Source of the DNA: a virus | Lineage: Duplodnaviria > Caudoviricetes | Virus record (IMG/VR): IMGVR_UViG_3300021432_000012 | Location: 1-51,034 of that record | Strand: one strand, 5' to 3' | Length of the DNA stretch: 51,034 nucleotides | Part shown: positions 37,339-47,423 of the stretch, piece by piece | Layout of the letters: each line of letters opens with the position of its first letter | Position numbering within the stretch: the stretch's first letter is position 1 | Made by a program: the position numbers and the translations under genes | Notes under the pieces: model-generated | Seen by the model: only the letters and a program-made list of their open reading frames with translations | What the model was told of the DNA's origin: nothing | The model's database searches: none

Positions 37339-37571
37339 GCTTTTTTGTTCCCGATCCTCGATATATGGACTTTGTCCGGTGGGCAAGTGTTCTCAATGAG
37401 GAACTTTCGCAGTATAATTTAGCAATACCAACAAGCGTAGATGACTGGAAGTCATGGGCCATGCGGTTGGTAAGTACCCCTGATTTATCGGCTGATGCAT
37501 ATCCTGATCCATCTTCGTATGAAGATTGGCGAGATTGGGCTGCACAAGTCGCACTATTATCAAGCGGATAA
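37335..37571 (+). CDS. Small Trp-rich conserved tail-module protein
   Basis: DPR.M.F..WA...W..WA...PDP..Y.DW.DWA. Confidence 0.7.
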   Translation: MSFFVPDPRYMDFVRWASVLNEELSQYNLAIPTSVDDWKSWAMRLVSTPDLSADAYPDPSSYEDWRDWAAQVALLSSG

Positions 37572-37573
37572 AA

Positions 37574-39454
37574 ATGGCTGATACAACTCCTTCCAATTGG
37601 GCTGACCTATTAGGTCTCCTACAGCCTAGCTATCAAGCAAATAAATCAGCGATGGAACAATCTGGCAGAGATTCCATCAATACCCCCTATGGGATGCTGA
37701 ATGGCTCTCAGATTCAGCCGGGTTCGTGGAATGGCTCTCAGGATGTCAATGACATCAACAGTATCATCATGGGAGGAACAGGATCGAATGGAGTTCTTCC
37801 AGGATGGAACCGTACATTTATACCTGATGGCAAAGGCGGCTATACAACACATGACACACAACAGTCTGGAGGATGGGCAAGTGATCCTTCGAAATTAGCC
37901 ATGCTCATGGCAGCAGGAATTACAGCTGGCGCGGCCTCTGGTGCCTTAGGTGGTGCTGGCGCAGCGGCTGATGCCGGGGCCGGTGCTGGAGCTATTGGTA
38001 GTGGAGCGTCTTCGATTCCTTTGGATATCAGTTCTGAAATTGTTGGAGGTGCAGCGACTCCTGGATTAACCGCAAGCGAGATAGGCGCGGCAGGTGGTGG
38101 TGGCCTTAGTTCTCTTGGTTCCTCAATACCAGTGGATATTTCTAGTGAAATAGGGACAACGAATGTAGGTCAAGGTGCCTTATCTAATCTTGGCGGTGAT
38201 ATCCCCGGATATAGCCCTAGTCTTGGTGCAGATCAAGGTATGAATGAATGGAACAAATTAATCAGTCAGAATGATGCGCCGCCGGGTTCCTTGTATCAAG
38301 GGAATGTCCCTACTTATGATACAACAGGGAAATCGCTCGTTGATAAGCTGATTGATAATGGAACAAATAAGCTCCTTAATAAAGGAATTTCTTCTTTGTT
38401 AGGTGGCACTGCTGCCGGTGGCGCGCAATCAGGTGCAAGTAGCGGTGGTAGCGGAGGTCCAAACTTTTCCGCGCTGCCAAATATGATATTAGGTAAGGGA
38501 CAAGGATGGACGCCACAAATGGCATATGATCCGTCTTTACCTAATACACCACAATTTCAACAAGTACAAGGTTACGCCAATGGAGGTCTCGTGGACGATT
38601 TAGCTAGCTGGTTTGGTGGCGATAGTTCGCCCGTTTCCGATGTTGGAAGTTCGGTTTCTCCTGACCAAAATTCAAACGAATGGCTAAAACTGATAGGTCA
38701 GAATGATCCATCAGTGACTATAGATCAAGGGCCGAATGAATGGAATAAACTGGTAGATCAGAATACATCTGCGCCAAGTAGTTATGGTAGCAATGGCGGT
38801 AGTTTGGGCGATACAATAACTGGTGGACTTAGTTCGGTATGGAACACATTGAAAGGACTCGACCCTAAAACGATACAGATGATATTAGGTGGCGTAGGTC
38901 TGGCTAGTTCCTTACTTGGGAAGCACGGTCAGAACGCACAAGGAATTCCTACTTCATTATCTGGGCAACTTTCGATGCTTGGTGGGTTGAATCGTTCTCC
39001 AAGTGCAGCAAGTATGAACGACATGGCATCCTATTTCAATTCGCCCGCTTACACAAAGACGCAACAATTTATAGGGACTCCTGCGCAATATGCAAAAATA
39101 CCCTATACGAACCAAGGATCATATCAATGGTTCACGCATGCTGATGGCGGTATGGCAGACGAAGGGAAAACTGTCCGCGCTCCTATGGGCTGTCTTCATA
39201 TGATGGAACATGGGGGACATGTGAACGGCCCAGGCGATGGACAGTCCGATCATGTGCCTGCTCTATTGTCTCGTGATGAATTTGTAGTCCCAGCGGATGT
39301 AGTCTCTGCTTTGGGTGCAGGGTCTTCGTCTGCTGGCGGACATTCTCTACAACAATTAATAGACGCGGTTCGCCATGATGCTAGGTCTGGCCCTACGGAT
39401 AGGATACCTCCTGCGCCTAAATCTCCGCTTGAATACCTGAAAGGGAAACGATAA
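37574..39454 (+). CDS. Gly/Ser-rich internal virion (ejection) protein
   Basis: Low complexity; YANGG and HADGG motifs; GPGDGQSDHVPALLSRDEFVVPADVV. Confidence 0.75.
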   Translation: MADTTPSNWADLLGLLQPSYQANKSAMEQSGRDSINTPYGMLNGSQIQPGSWNGSQDVNDINSIIMGGTGSNGVLPGWNRTFIPDGKGGYTTHDTQQSGGWASDPSKLAMLMAAGITAGAASGALGGAGAAADAGAGAGAIGSGASSIPLDISSEIVGGAATPGLTASEIGAAGGGGLSSLGSSIPVDISSEIGTTNVGQGALSNLGGDIPGYSPSLGADQGMNEWNKLISQNDAPPGSLYQGNVPTYDTTGKSLVDKLIDNGTNKLLNKGISSLLGGTAAGGAQSGASSGGSGGPNFSALPNMILGKGQGWTPQMAYDPSLPNTPQFQQVQGYANGGLVDDLASWFGGDSSPVSDVGSSVSPDQNSNEWLKLIGQNDPSVTIDQGPNEWNKLVDQNTSAPSSYGSNGGSLGDTITGGLSSVWNTLKGLDPKTIQMILGGVGLASSLLGKHGQNAQGIPTSLSGQLSMLGGLNRSPSAASMNDMASYFNSPAYTKTQQFIGTPAQYAKIPYTNQGSYQWFTHADGGMADEGKTVRAPMGCLHMMEHGGHVNGPGDGQSDHVPALLSRDEFVVPADVVSALGAGSSSAGGHSLQQLIDAVRHDARSGPTDRIPPAPKSPLEYLKGKR

Positions 39455-40590
39455 TGGGTTTCCTAGATCAACTGACGACGCCAACAGGCGGGGCGTCAAT
39501 TACAAACAGCACTGCATCACAGCAGGTTATGCCTGATTGGTATAATCAGTACGTGCAGGGGCTTGCACAGAAAGCGACTCAGGCTGCGAATGTAGGGTAC
39601 ACACCTTATACGGCTCCACGTCTGGCTGGGTTTTCTCCTGACCAATTAGCGGCACAGCAAACCATAGAACAAAGCCAAGGAGCATGGAAACCTCAATTGG
39701 ACGCTGCCAATAGTGTTTTAAGCACTAATATGGGCAACGTTGATGCGCGTCTTGGTGCCGGTGCTAATTATGGTTCAGGTGCAGTTTCTGGTGCTGGTGC
39801 GGCAAACACCGCAGCCAATAGTGCAGTTGCTGGTCCTGCTCAGAATTGGACACAGAACTACAAGCAGTACATGTCTCCCTATACTGACCAAGTAGTCAAC
39901 GAAATAGGAAGACTTGGCAATCAAAACTTGATGGAGAATTTACTGCCTCAAGTGCAGTCTTCATTTTTAGGATCAGGCCAATTCGGCTCAACTCGGAATG
40001 CAGATATTTTAGGACAGACGATCCGTGGCGCTCAACAAAACATCAGCGGGCAACAAGCTGGGGCATTAGAACAAGGTTATGGGACTTCAGCGAATATTTT
40101 CGGAAACGATGCAAATCGCGCCCAGCAACAACAATCTTTGCAGGCACAAACTGCTTTGGGCGGCGGCAATTTGGTATCAAATTCAAATCTTGGTGCTGGC
40201 GGCCTAGCAAATCAAGCGGCACAGATAGGTTCCCAAGCTGCGCTAGGAACTGCTGGCGCATTGGGTAATCTTGCCGGATTAGGTAGCAATCTAATTGGAA
40301 CCGATGCGCAAAGATTGTCCGCGGTAGGAGGCCAACAGCAACAGCAACAGCAGGCCGGTCTTGATGTGAATTATCAGGATTTCCTCAATCAGCAAAACTA
40401 CAATAAAAACAATGTAGGATTCCTGAATCAGGCATTGGGTGGAATGCAGATACCGACAGGACAAGTAAATTTGATGAACCAAACAGGCGTAGGCACAAAC
40501 CCATTACAATATATCGGGGCTTTGAGCGGGTTAAATTCTTACAGCCCTACGCCTCCAGTTCAAAAAAATCCGGCTCCAGCAGGGACTTAG
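39454..40590 (+). CDS. DNA ejection / pilot protein
   Basis: YTPY...RLAGFSPDQ...YMSPY...G.FGS.R...DF..QQ.Y; Q/G-rich. Confidence 0.78.
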   Translation: MGFLDQLTTPTGGASITNSTASQQVMPDWYNQYVQGLAQKATQAANVGYTPYTAPRLAGFSPDQLAAQQTIEQSQGAWKPQLDAANSVLSTNMGNVDARLGAGANYGSGAVSGAGAANTAANSAVAGPAQNWTQNYKQYMSPYTDQVVNEIGRLGNQNLMENLLPQVQSSFLGSGQFGSTRNADILGQTIRGAQQNISGQQAGALEQGYGTSANIFGNDANRAQQQQSLQAQTALGGGNLVSNSNLGAGGLANQAAQIGSQAALGTAGALGNLAGLGSNLIGTDAQRLSAVGGQQQQQQQAGLDVNYQDFLNQQNYNKNNVGFLNQALGGMQIPTGQVNLMNQTGVGTNPLQYIGALSGLNSYSPTPPVQKNPAPAGT

Positions 40591-40598
40591 GATAAAAC

Positions 40599-42671
40599 AT
40601 GGATGATACACAAAATAGCGGGACACCTCTACCACAAGGACAGACTCAATCTTTGATGGGGGCATTAGGGAAATTAGCGGAAAATCCCGTTAATCCTTCC
40701 TTAGGAGGGTTATCGTTTGCCGCTGGCATAATGAAGCCTGCATTAGGAGGGTTCGGAGAAGCATTGGGTAGCGGATTAGGAGCGCAAGCAGAAACCCTCA
40801 AAAATCAAGAAGCTCTAAAAGCGAGCTATATCCCACATGTAACTCAGGCACTCATCCAGGCTGCACAAATGCAACGCCAGATGGCGATTGATCAAATGAT
40901 GATGGGAATGCTGAACAAGGGAAGAATTCCTCAAAATGGCGTCTCACAACAAAATCCACAACAAGTTGGACAAAGTGATAATGGGCAGCAAAATGTCGGG
41001 TCTCCTGATGCTAGTAATCCTCAGCCACAAAATGTAAATGCTGGAGTTAATAATGCTCCTGTTTCTGGTCAGATGCTCCCACAAGGACAAGCTGGAGTCG
41101 GGAATCTTGATCCTACCGATTTGGCCGTAATGAAATATTTCGGTAAGGATATGACGCCAGAATGGAAACTTGCTAAATTTGGCGAGAAACTTGACCCTAA
41201 TAGTTTCCGTGCAATGCCTGATGGCTCTACCGTTTATTTACCAGATGTGACAAAGGGCATTGGTTATGATGTGAAAACTGGCAATGCGATACAAATTCCT
41301 GGTTTTGCTGAATCTAATGCAGCAATTGAAGGAGCTAAAACGACCGCAGTTAAGAGCGCAGAGAACAAACAGACCTTGTTACCGTTGGGATATGTAGGAC
41401 CAAACGAGCGCCCTGTAGGCGGGACTATTTCCGAATATCTAGGAACTCCTGCGACTCCAGGCACTGCGAATTCTCCAGCATCTCCTCTTACGCCACATCC
41501 TTTTGTTGCCGCTGCTTCACAGGCTACAGGAATTCGCCCTTCTTTATTGAATGCAGTCATCAAGACTGAAAGCGGGGGTAATCCAAATGCCGTATCTCCT
41601 AAAGGAGCGCAAGGGCTGATGCAATTAATGCCTGATACTGCGAAACAATTAGGTATTAATCCGAAAGACCCAGCACAAAACATACAAGGCGGCGCAACCT
41701 ATTTGAAGCAGATGCAGGATAAATACGGTAGTGAACCGCTTGCCTTAGCTGCTTACAATATGGGGCCGGGAGCAATGGATTCTTGGCTGAAGAAGGGTGC
41801 TAACTGGTCTGATCTTCCGCAAGAAACGAAAGATTACGTTTCTAAAGTATCGATGAATGAAGGTTTACAAAATGCTGCACCACAAGCGGTAAATAATGCC
41901 GGAGCACAAACTGATGCTAGTGGACGTCCAATATTGCAATCTGCAACCGAAGCTGCACAAGCAGCAGCTAAAGTAGCGTTGGGCAAAGAATCTGGGTCTG
42001 CCGATATAAAGAATTTTAACGAATATAAAAATAACCTTGATAAGAGCGTCGATGAACAACGTTCATTGGTTCAACGTAATCAGGAAATTCTGCCATTACT
42101 CCAGCAATATCAGACTGGTGGCGCAGCGCCTAATGAACGTTTGGAATTAGCTTCCAAGATACAGAATACATTTCCAGGTAATTCTGTCGCTAAGGCTTTG
42201 GCTTCAAGGATTGCAGGAGGAGATGTATCTGCGGGGCAGGAATTGAACCAATTATTATCAAGCGCAGGTTTAAGCAATTTGATCCAGACATTACAAGGTC
42301 AGGGGCGCGTGAATAATGCTGAATTTAAAGCATTGCAAGCCCATGCTGAAAGCAATATGAGCGACCCGGATACTTTGCGTAGGCTGATGGATTACCAAAA
42401 TAGGCTTTATCAACAATCTTATGGAGAGCAGCAAGGCATTGCCTCTGCTCAAAAGGCTGGAACTCTAAATCCGCAAACTTGGCGCGCTGATTACTCGAAA
42501 GTTCTCAATGACAATGCACTTGGAAAACAAACTGAACCTGTCTCTGCTCCTGTCGCTGCGGTGATTGCAAATTCCAAGAATAATGGAAAACAAATTCCGC
42601 AGAAAGGAAAGTCGGCATCTGGAAAGCCCATTACTTTCAATCCTAAAACAAATCAATGGGAGTACGACTAA
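40599..42671 (+). CDS. Ejection protein with SLT lytic transglycosylase domain
   Basis: [25 protein letters not shown]...[10 protein letters not shown]...ETKDYV. Confidence 0.9.
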   Translation: MDDTQNSGTPLPQGQTQSLMGALGKLAENPVNPSLGGLSFAAGIMKPALGGFGEALGSGLGAQAETLKNQEALKASYIPHVTQALIQAAQMQRQMAIDQMMMGMLNKGRIPQNGVSQQNPQQVGQSDNGQQNVGSPDASNPQPQNVNAGVNNAPVSGQMLPQGQAGVGNLDPTDLAVMKYFGKDMTPEWKLAKFGEKLDPNSFRAMPDGSTVYLPDVTKGIGYDVKTGNAIQIPGFAESNAAIEGAKTTAVKSAENKQTLLPLGYVGPNERPVGGTISEYLGTPATPGTANSPASPLTPHPFVAAASQATGIRPSLLNAVIKTESGGNPNAVSPKGAQGLMQLMPDTAKQLGINPKDPAQNIQGGATYLKQMQDKYGSEPLALAAYNMGPGAMDSWLKKGANWSDLPQETKDYVSKVSMNEGLQNAAPQAVNNAGAQTDASGRPILQSATEAAQAAAKVALGKESGSADIKNFNEYKNNLDKSVDEQRSLVQRNQEILPLLQQYQTGGAAPNERLELASKIQNTFPGNSVAKALASRIAGGDVSAGQELNQLLSSAGLSNLIQTLQGQGRVNNAEFKALQAHAESNMSDPDTLRRLMDYQNRLYQQSYGEQQGIASAQKAGTLNPQTWRADYSKVLNDNALGKQTEPVSAPVAAVIANSKNNGKQIPQKGKSASGKPITFNPKTNQWEYD

Positions 42672-44866
42672 TGGGTACTCCAGTTCCTTTGAATGATCTT
42701 CCGCAAGAGATGCAGCCTATAGATCAAGGTAAGGCTGTTCCTGCGGCTGATTTGCCACGTGGAGTTGCAACTAACCCTAATGCATCTCCTAGTATTTTAG
42801 ATTATGGCAAAGCGCTTTTGACTGGTATCAATCGGGGAACGTATGCCAATCTTTTAGGGATGCCAGCGGATACTATCGCCAATGCAGAGGATTTAGCTAA
42901 GGCAGCTATTGGATATCCCTACAGTAAATTGACAGGAAAACCACCACCTGATTGGACTGCGCCTATGGATAGAGCGCAAGTCCCAGGAACGTCAGATTGG
43001 ATCGCCAATAAGATGAATGAAGGCGCTAGAAATTTAGGCGTCGTTTCTCCAGTAAACAACCCCATTCCTCAAAGTGGGTTAGGCCAAATATTGCATGCTA
43101 CTGGAACTGGAATAGGTTCTGCTGTTGCTCCTGCTTCTAGTGGTACGCAGGCATTAAAAAATGTCGCTCTTGGTGGGCTATCTGGGATGGCTGCTGGTTC
43201 TGCTGGTGCTGCTGGAGCATCCCCAGAGGCTCAAATACTCGCCGGAATGCTTCCCGGAGCCGCAGGAAAAGCCATAGGCGGAGCAACTAGACTTGCTCTT
43301 ACTGGAGGCCCAGAAAACCAACAGCGCGTAGCACAACGCGTACAAGACCTAAAGAACGCTGGTATCGAAAGTCCTTCCTTGGGGCTTTCGACTGGTAGTC
43401 CTTTGATTATGGGAATAGAAAATCTCGCATCTAAATTGCCTGGATCAGTAGGTACATTCCAAAATGCGGCAACAGGAAATATTCAAGGGATGCAAAATAA
43501 AATAAAGGCAATGCGTGATGCTGCATCTCCTAGTTACGGTGCAATTCCTGCTGGGGCTATGCTGCAAAAAGATATCACGAATTTCCCAGCGACACGAATT
43601 GATCCTACCTATAGCGGCCTTCTTGACAAAGTAATGGATATCGTAGGGCCGCAAACGCAAACAGCAATTCCTAATACTTTATCTACTGCTAGGCAATTGG
43701 CGGCTCCTAATCCGGGAGCACCAGCATCAACAAAAGCATTGATTATTCCAGCTATTGATAAAATGTCTAAGGCATTAGCATCTGACACGGCACTTTCTCC
43801 ACCACCTTCAAGCAATGCATTTATTCCAGGCGCATCAGCTTTAACTACGCCGCAAGAGCCGAGTATTCCTTTTCAGGCGTTACGTAACCTACGCACTGGA
43901 ATAGGCGCTGAGGCACGATCAAAAGATATCACTGCGACGCCAGCAGAAGCGCAATATAAAAATCTGTATGGGGCAATGAGTCAAGATATAGGGCAAGGAA
44001 CGCAAGCAGTTGATAGAGCAAATGCTACTAGATTGGGAGAATTAAGAGCGCAGGATACTTTGACGCCTAGTGAGATGAAAGAATTATCTACATTGGAAGC
44101 ATCGGCGCAGACTCCAACAGGCCAACAGCAAATGGTGCAAGCGTCTACTGGTCCATTGTCGCCATCACAAACACCTGCGAGCAATGCATGGAATCGGTCA
44201 AATGATTTTTATTCAGCAGCGATGGATAGGGTTAAGAAATTGCAGCCAATAGCAGATATGTCTTCTCCAGAAGCTGCCTATCGCGCATATGTAGGTGCTG
44301 CGCCGGGTAATGTAACCACGATGAATGCGGTTAAAAAAAGTATCACGCCAGATACTAGGTCAGCTATCGCAAGTACCATCTTGGATCAAATGGGACTTGC
44401 CTCGCCAGGAAAGCAAGATAATACAGGAAATGTTTTTTCTCCTGAAACGTATTTGACTCAATACAATAAATTAGGCGAGCCTGGGCGTCAGGCACTATTT
44501 TCTGGATTCCATGGATCGGAAAATATCAACAGCGGAACTCAGGATGTAGCTAAAGGCGCATCCATGTTACGGGACGCTTCTAAAATATGGGCAAATCCTT
44601 CTGGTACGGGAGGGAATGTCATGGCAGCAGCAGGAATGGGAGGAATTTTGTCTAACCTATTCTCCAATCCTGGCGTTGCCGCTGGTGGTGCTTTGGGCCT
44701 ATTGGGCGGGAATATCGCGGCGAGAAAATTGCTTCTCAATCCTGATTTCATTAACTATATGATAAAGCAACAACAGCCAAATTCACCTAGGATTCAAAGT
44801 GGCTTACAGACATTGATGAATAATGCGACAATGGGATTACAAGGTACTGAGGATCAATCACAGTAA
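42671..44866 (+). CDS. Large ejection (DNA transfer) protein
   Basis: Last structural gene; helical and A/G-rich; ANPSGT motif. Confidence 0.72.
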   Translation: MGTPVPLNDLPQEMQPIDQGKAVPAADLPRGVATNPNASPSILDYGKALLTGINRGTYANLLGMPADTIANAEDLAKAAIGYPYSKLTGKPPPDWTAPMDRAQVPGTSDWIANKMNEGARNLGVVSPVNNPIPQSGLGQILHATGTGIGSAVAPASSGTQALKNVALGGLSGMAAGSAGAAGASPEAQILAGMLPGAAGKAIGGATRLALTGGPENQQRVAQRVQDLKNAGIESPSLGLSTGSPLIMGIENLASKLPGSVGTFQNAATGNIQGMQNKIKAMRDAASPSYGAIPAGAMLQKDITNFPATRIDPTYSGLLDKVMDIVGPQTQTAIPNTLSTARQLAAPNPGAPASTKALIIPAIDKMSKALASDTALSPPPSSNAFIPGASALTTPQEPSIPFQALRNLRTGIGAEARSKDITATPAEAQYKNLYGAMSQDIGQGTQAVDRANATRLGELRAQDTLTPSEMKELSTLEASAQTPTGQQQMVQASTGPLSPSQTPASNAWNRSNDFYSAAMDRVKKLQPIADMSSPEAAYRAYVGAAPGNVTTMNAVKKSITPDTRSAIASTILDQMGLASPGKQDNTGNVFSPETYLTQYNKLGEPGRQALFSGFHGSENINSGTQDVAKGASMLRDASKIWANPSGTGGNVMAAAGMGGILSNLFSNPGVAAGGALGLLGGNIAARKLLLNPDFINYMIKQQQPNSPRIQSGLQTLMNNATMGLQGTEDQSQ

Positions 44867-45004
44867 GCGAATCATTGTGCCTATGATATTGAAGATGAAC
44901 AGAAGTACACCGATTGACGATATCAGGATTAAGGGACATTTGAAATCGCCTTTTTCTGAATAATTGAAAAATTCCTTATCTTGCTTGTATTCTGGCAATT
45001 TCAT
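44858..45004 (-). CDS. Small antisense membrane protein
   Basis: MKLPEY...LILISSIGVLLFIFNIIGTMIRLL. Confidence 0.45.
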   Translation of the reverse strand: MKLPEYKQDKEFFNYSEKGDFKCPLILISSIGVLLFIFNIIGTMIRLL

Positions 45005-45061
45005 TGTAAGATGAAATCCTATAATATGAGTAAGAATCATTGTAGGATAGAAAGGCATATT

Positions 45062-45286
45062 ATGCTAATAGACGAATGGAAAAAAGCGCATAAGTTCCTC
45101 AGTGTTCAGGTAACAACGATTACCGGAGTATTAGCTATGGCATATGAGTATATCCCTCAAATTCAGCAATATTTCCCTCCAGGTTGGTTTAAATACGCTG
45201 TAGGAGCAATTCTGATAGCACGCCTGTTAAGGCAACAGAAGAAAGAAGAAAATGGACATAACATTACTGATTCAGGAACTTCGTAG
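45062..45286 (+). CDS. Holin
   Basis: MLIDEWKKAHKFLSVQ...ARLLRQ; two TM segments, directly upstream of the endolysin. Confidence 0.8.
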   Translation: MLIDEWKKAHKFLSVQVTTITGVLAMAYEYIPQIQQYFPPGWFKYAVGAILIARLLRQQKKEENGHNITDSGTS

Positions 45287-45689
45287 AGATGAGGGTGTAC
45301 GCTATTCCCCTTATCTGGACAGTAAAGGCATCAAAACTGTCGGCGTTGGTCACAATATGATCGCGAATCCTCTAGTAAATGAAATTTATCCTTTGACTGA
45401 CGATCAGGTAAATGACATTCTCAGCGATGATTTAAAAAATATTTTTTCTGCGCTTGATAATAATCTACCATGGTGGTCTTCATTGGATGAAGTAAGGCAG
45501 CGCATCCTAGCGAATATGGCCTTTAATATGGGCATTCATACACTCTTAGAATTCCACAATACGTTAGGCGCAATCCAATTAGGTGATTATTTAGGAGCGG
45601 CAAACGGAATGAGAAATTCAGCATGGGCGCATCAAGTAGGACAACGTGCAGAGCGGCTTGCACAAGCAATGCAGACCGGAGTAATGTAA
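45252..45689 (+). CDS. Endolysin (T4-lysozyme-like muramidase)
   Basis: DEGVRYSPYLDSKGIKTVGVGHN with catalytic E/D/T; NMAFNMG; S.WA.QVG.RA.RL. Confidence 0.93.
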   Translation: MDITLLIQELRRDEGVRYSPYLDSKGIKTVGVGHNMIANPLVNEIYPLTDDQVNDILSDDLKNIFSALDNNLPWWSSLDEVRQRILANMAFNMGIHTLLEFHNTLGAIQLGDYLGAANGMRNSAWAHQVGQRAERLAQAMQTGVM

Positions 45690-45884
45690 ATGACATGGTC
45701 TGTTTTTACCTTTACGCATAGTCTTCCACAAGTTATTCCTGATGATGATTTATATCCTCATGAATTCCTTAATTGCAAATGTCATCCATTTGTAACTGAT
45801 GATAAAGACGATGATGAAGTTCTTGTACACAATAGTTTTGATGGGCGAGAGAACTTCGAACGTAAAGATCGATTGCCTTCATAA
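45690..45884 (+). CDS. Small His/Cys phage protein
   Basis: V.P.DDL.PH...C.C.P...VHNSFDGRE. Confidence 0.7.
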   Translation: MTWSVFTFTHSLPQVIPDDDLYPHEFLNCKCHPFVTDDKDDDEVLVHNSFDGRENFERKDRLPS

Positions 45885-45892
45885 GGAATAAT

Positions 45893-46468
45893 ATGCCAGT
45901 ATTTTTGCTGAGCTTTTTAGCCAAAGATGGATTTAAATTAATCGCCGTATTGGCTTTATTTTCAGCTCTTGCTTATGGAGAACATCGTTTCCACAAATGG
46001 GAAAAATCGCTAGTTCAGCAAGGATATGATGAAGCACGCAAAGAAGATGATGCAAAACAATCTATCGCAAATGAAAAGGCAGAACGCCTATTAATTACTG
46101 CCAACAATGCCATTGCGCAGTCGCAGCAGGAAATCCAAAATCTCAGCAATCAACTTGCATTAAGAGCCAAGGAGTTACAAGATGCAAAAGAAGAACGTCA
46201 GAAACTTGTGGCTGATTATGCTGCTGGTCTTAAGCGCATGTCAGTCCGTACCATTGGGGGTGCCAATTGTGAGGGTGGAAACTCCAAACAAAATAGTAGT
46301 TCCTCCGCTTCCCACGGAAGTAATGAAGGGCGATCCGAGCTTGTGCCAGAAGTTTCTGCTGATATTCTCGACTTCGCCGGAAGATATCAAGACAACGTGC
46401 GGAATTTAGACATTTGCATTGATGCTTATAACGGCATGCGTGAGCAGTTAAATAAAGATGAAAAATAA
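45893..46468 (+). CDS. Rz: Inner-membrane spanin
   Basis: N-terminal TM plus coiled coil; AG..RMSV...C...L..C..AY. Confidence 0.85.
   Translation: MPVFLLSFLAKDGFKLIAVLALFSALAYGEHRFHKWEKSLVQQGYDEARKEDDAKQSIANEKAERLLITANNAIAQSQQEIQNLSNQLALRAKELQDAKEERQKLVADYAAGLKRMSVRTIGGANCEGGNSKQNSSSSASHGSNEGRSELVPEVSADILDFAGRYQDNVRNLDICIDAYNGMREQLNKDEK
46182..46409 (+). CDS. Rz1: Outer-membrane spanin lipoprotein nested in Rz
   Basis: +1 frame; AAGGAG RBS; signal peptide with lipobox LSAC; Pro-rich. Confidence 0.85.
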   Translation: MQKKNVRNLWLIMLLVLSACQSVPLGVPIVRVETPNKIVVPPLPTEVMKGDPSLCQKFLLIFSTSPEDIKTTCGI

Positions 46469-46656
46469 TGGCACGACTGAATCTGGCTATACTTTATTGC
46501 GCATGGGTCACTACAATTATTTTCATCTTGATTAATTGCGATGTGCCGAAGAAGAAGCATAAAATTGCCATCATAACGATTTCTGAAAGAGTCGATGATA
46601 GGCTGTTAGAAGTAAAGAAAAAAGCAGAGCGATTAACTGGCATTCCGTTGAAATGA
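46468..46656 (+). CDS. Small membrane protein
   Basis: N-terminal TM; start overlaps the Rz stop. Confidence 0.5.
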   Translation: MARLNLAILYCAWVTTIIFILINCDVPKKKHKIAIITISERVDDRLLEVKKKAERLTGIPLK

Positions 46657-46945
46657 AAACTGATATGCACAATCTATGGACGCGGTACTGACAAACTTAT
46701 TATGCGCCTTCTTCGGTGCGTTTGTTTGGCATATTGTATGGGTATTTGCGATCCCGTTTTTAATCGCAAAGGTTATGCACCATAGATTTAAGTCTCATTT
46801 CACTTGGAAGCTTTATTTCTTCGGCAAGTGGGAATAGTGGCGAATCCGACTAGCATATGCCTTCGCGTTGCGGTCGCTGATGATGGACTGCTATTCAGCT
46901 ATAGCTAAATGATGCCGCTTGCGCGACTCCCCGGCCCACTCAGGG

Positions 46946-47275
46946 TCATCTTCCCGCAGAAACTACCGTCATAACCAAGGTTCCCGATGTCCATGCAGTG
47001 CAATTCAGGCGGACATATTGTATCGGCTGAACATAACTACCATCCGTATTTGCTGTTTTACCTGTTACTGTAGGATGATCGAACCATGTCGCATTTGCGG
47101 CCGTCACAGTGCCGTTAGTTCCGTCCCCTATGGTGTCATAGCAATGTTGCACTTTAAATGTCGCAGTGCCAGTAATAACCACGCCAAACCCTAGATTGAA
47201 GTACCCATCGTAGCTTACTTGGACTGGTGGCGTTGTCGTGACGGAGGATATTGCTGCTGTAACTTGTGCGCGCAT
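46946..47275 (-). CDS. Small beta-sandwich virion-type protein in inverted position
   Basis: F...VVITGTAT..VQH.YD...WFDHP...YVRLN...GT; AAGGA RBS. Confidence 0.75.
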   Translation of the reverse strand: MRAQVTAAISSVTTTPPVQVSYDGYFNLGFGVVITGTATFKVQHCYDTIGDGTNGTVTAANATWFDHPTVTGKTANTDGSYVQPIQYVRLNCTAWTSGTLVMTVVSAGR

Positions 47276-47345
47276 GATTGATTATCCTTGTAAATAATTC
47301 TTCGTATTTTACGCCAATTGCCCGAAAATTAGTACTTTACAGAGA

Positions 47346-47371
47346 GAAAGCCCAAGACTATTTGGGCTTTC
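47346..47371. terminator. Stem-loop terminator downstream of the protease gene
   Basis: gaaagcccaa / ttgggctttc. Confidence 0.65.
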
Positions 47372-47423
47372 AATAATATGTTTGATATGCCTGTAAAGTT
47401 ATTTTCAGTTCATATTAGCTCCT

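Noticed and set aside
15788-46468. Alternative genetic code or introns/inteins in core genes
   Set aside because: Core genes are uninterrupted and of normal length under the standard bacterial code.
46830-46900. Hammerhead ribozyme (CTGATGA within a stem-loop)
   Set aside because: CUGAUGA and flanking stems are present, but the GAAA and stem III/UH elements cannot be formed.
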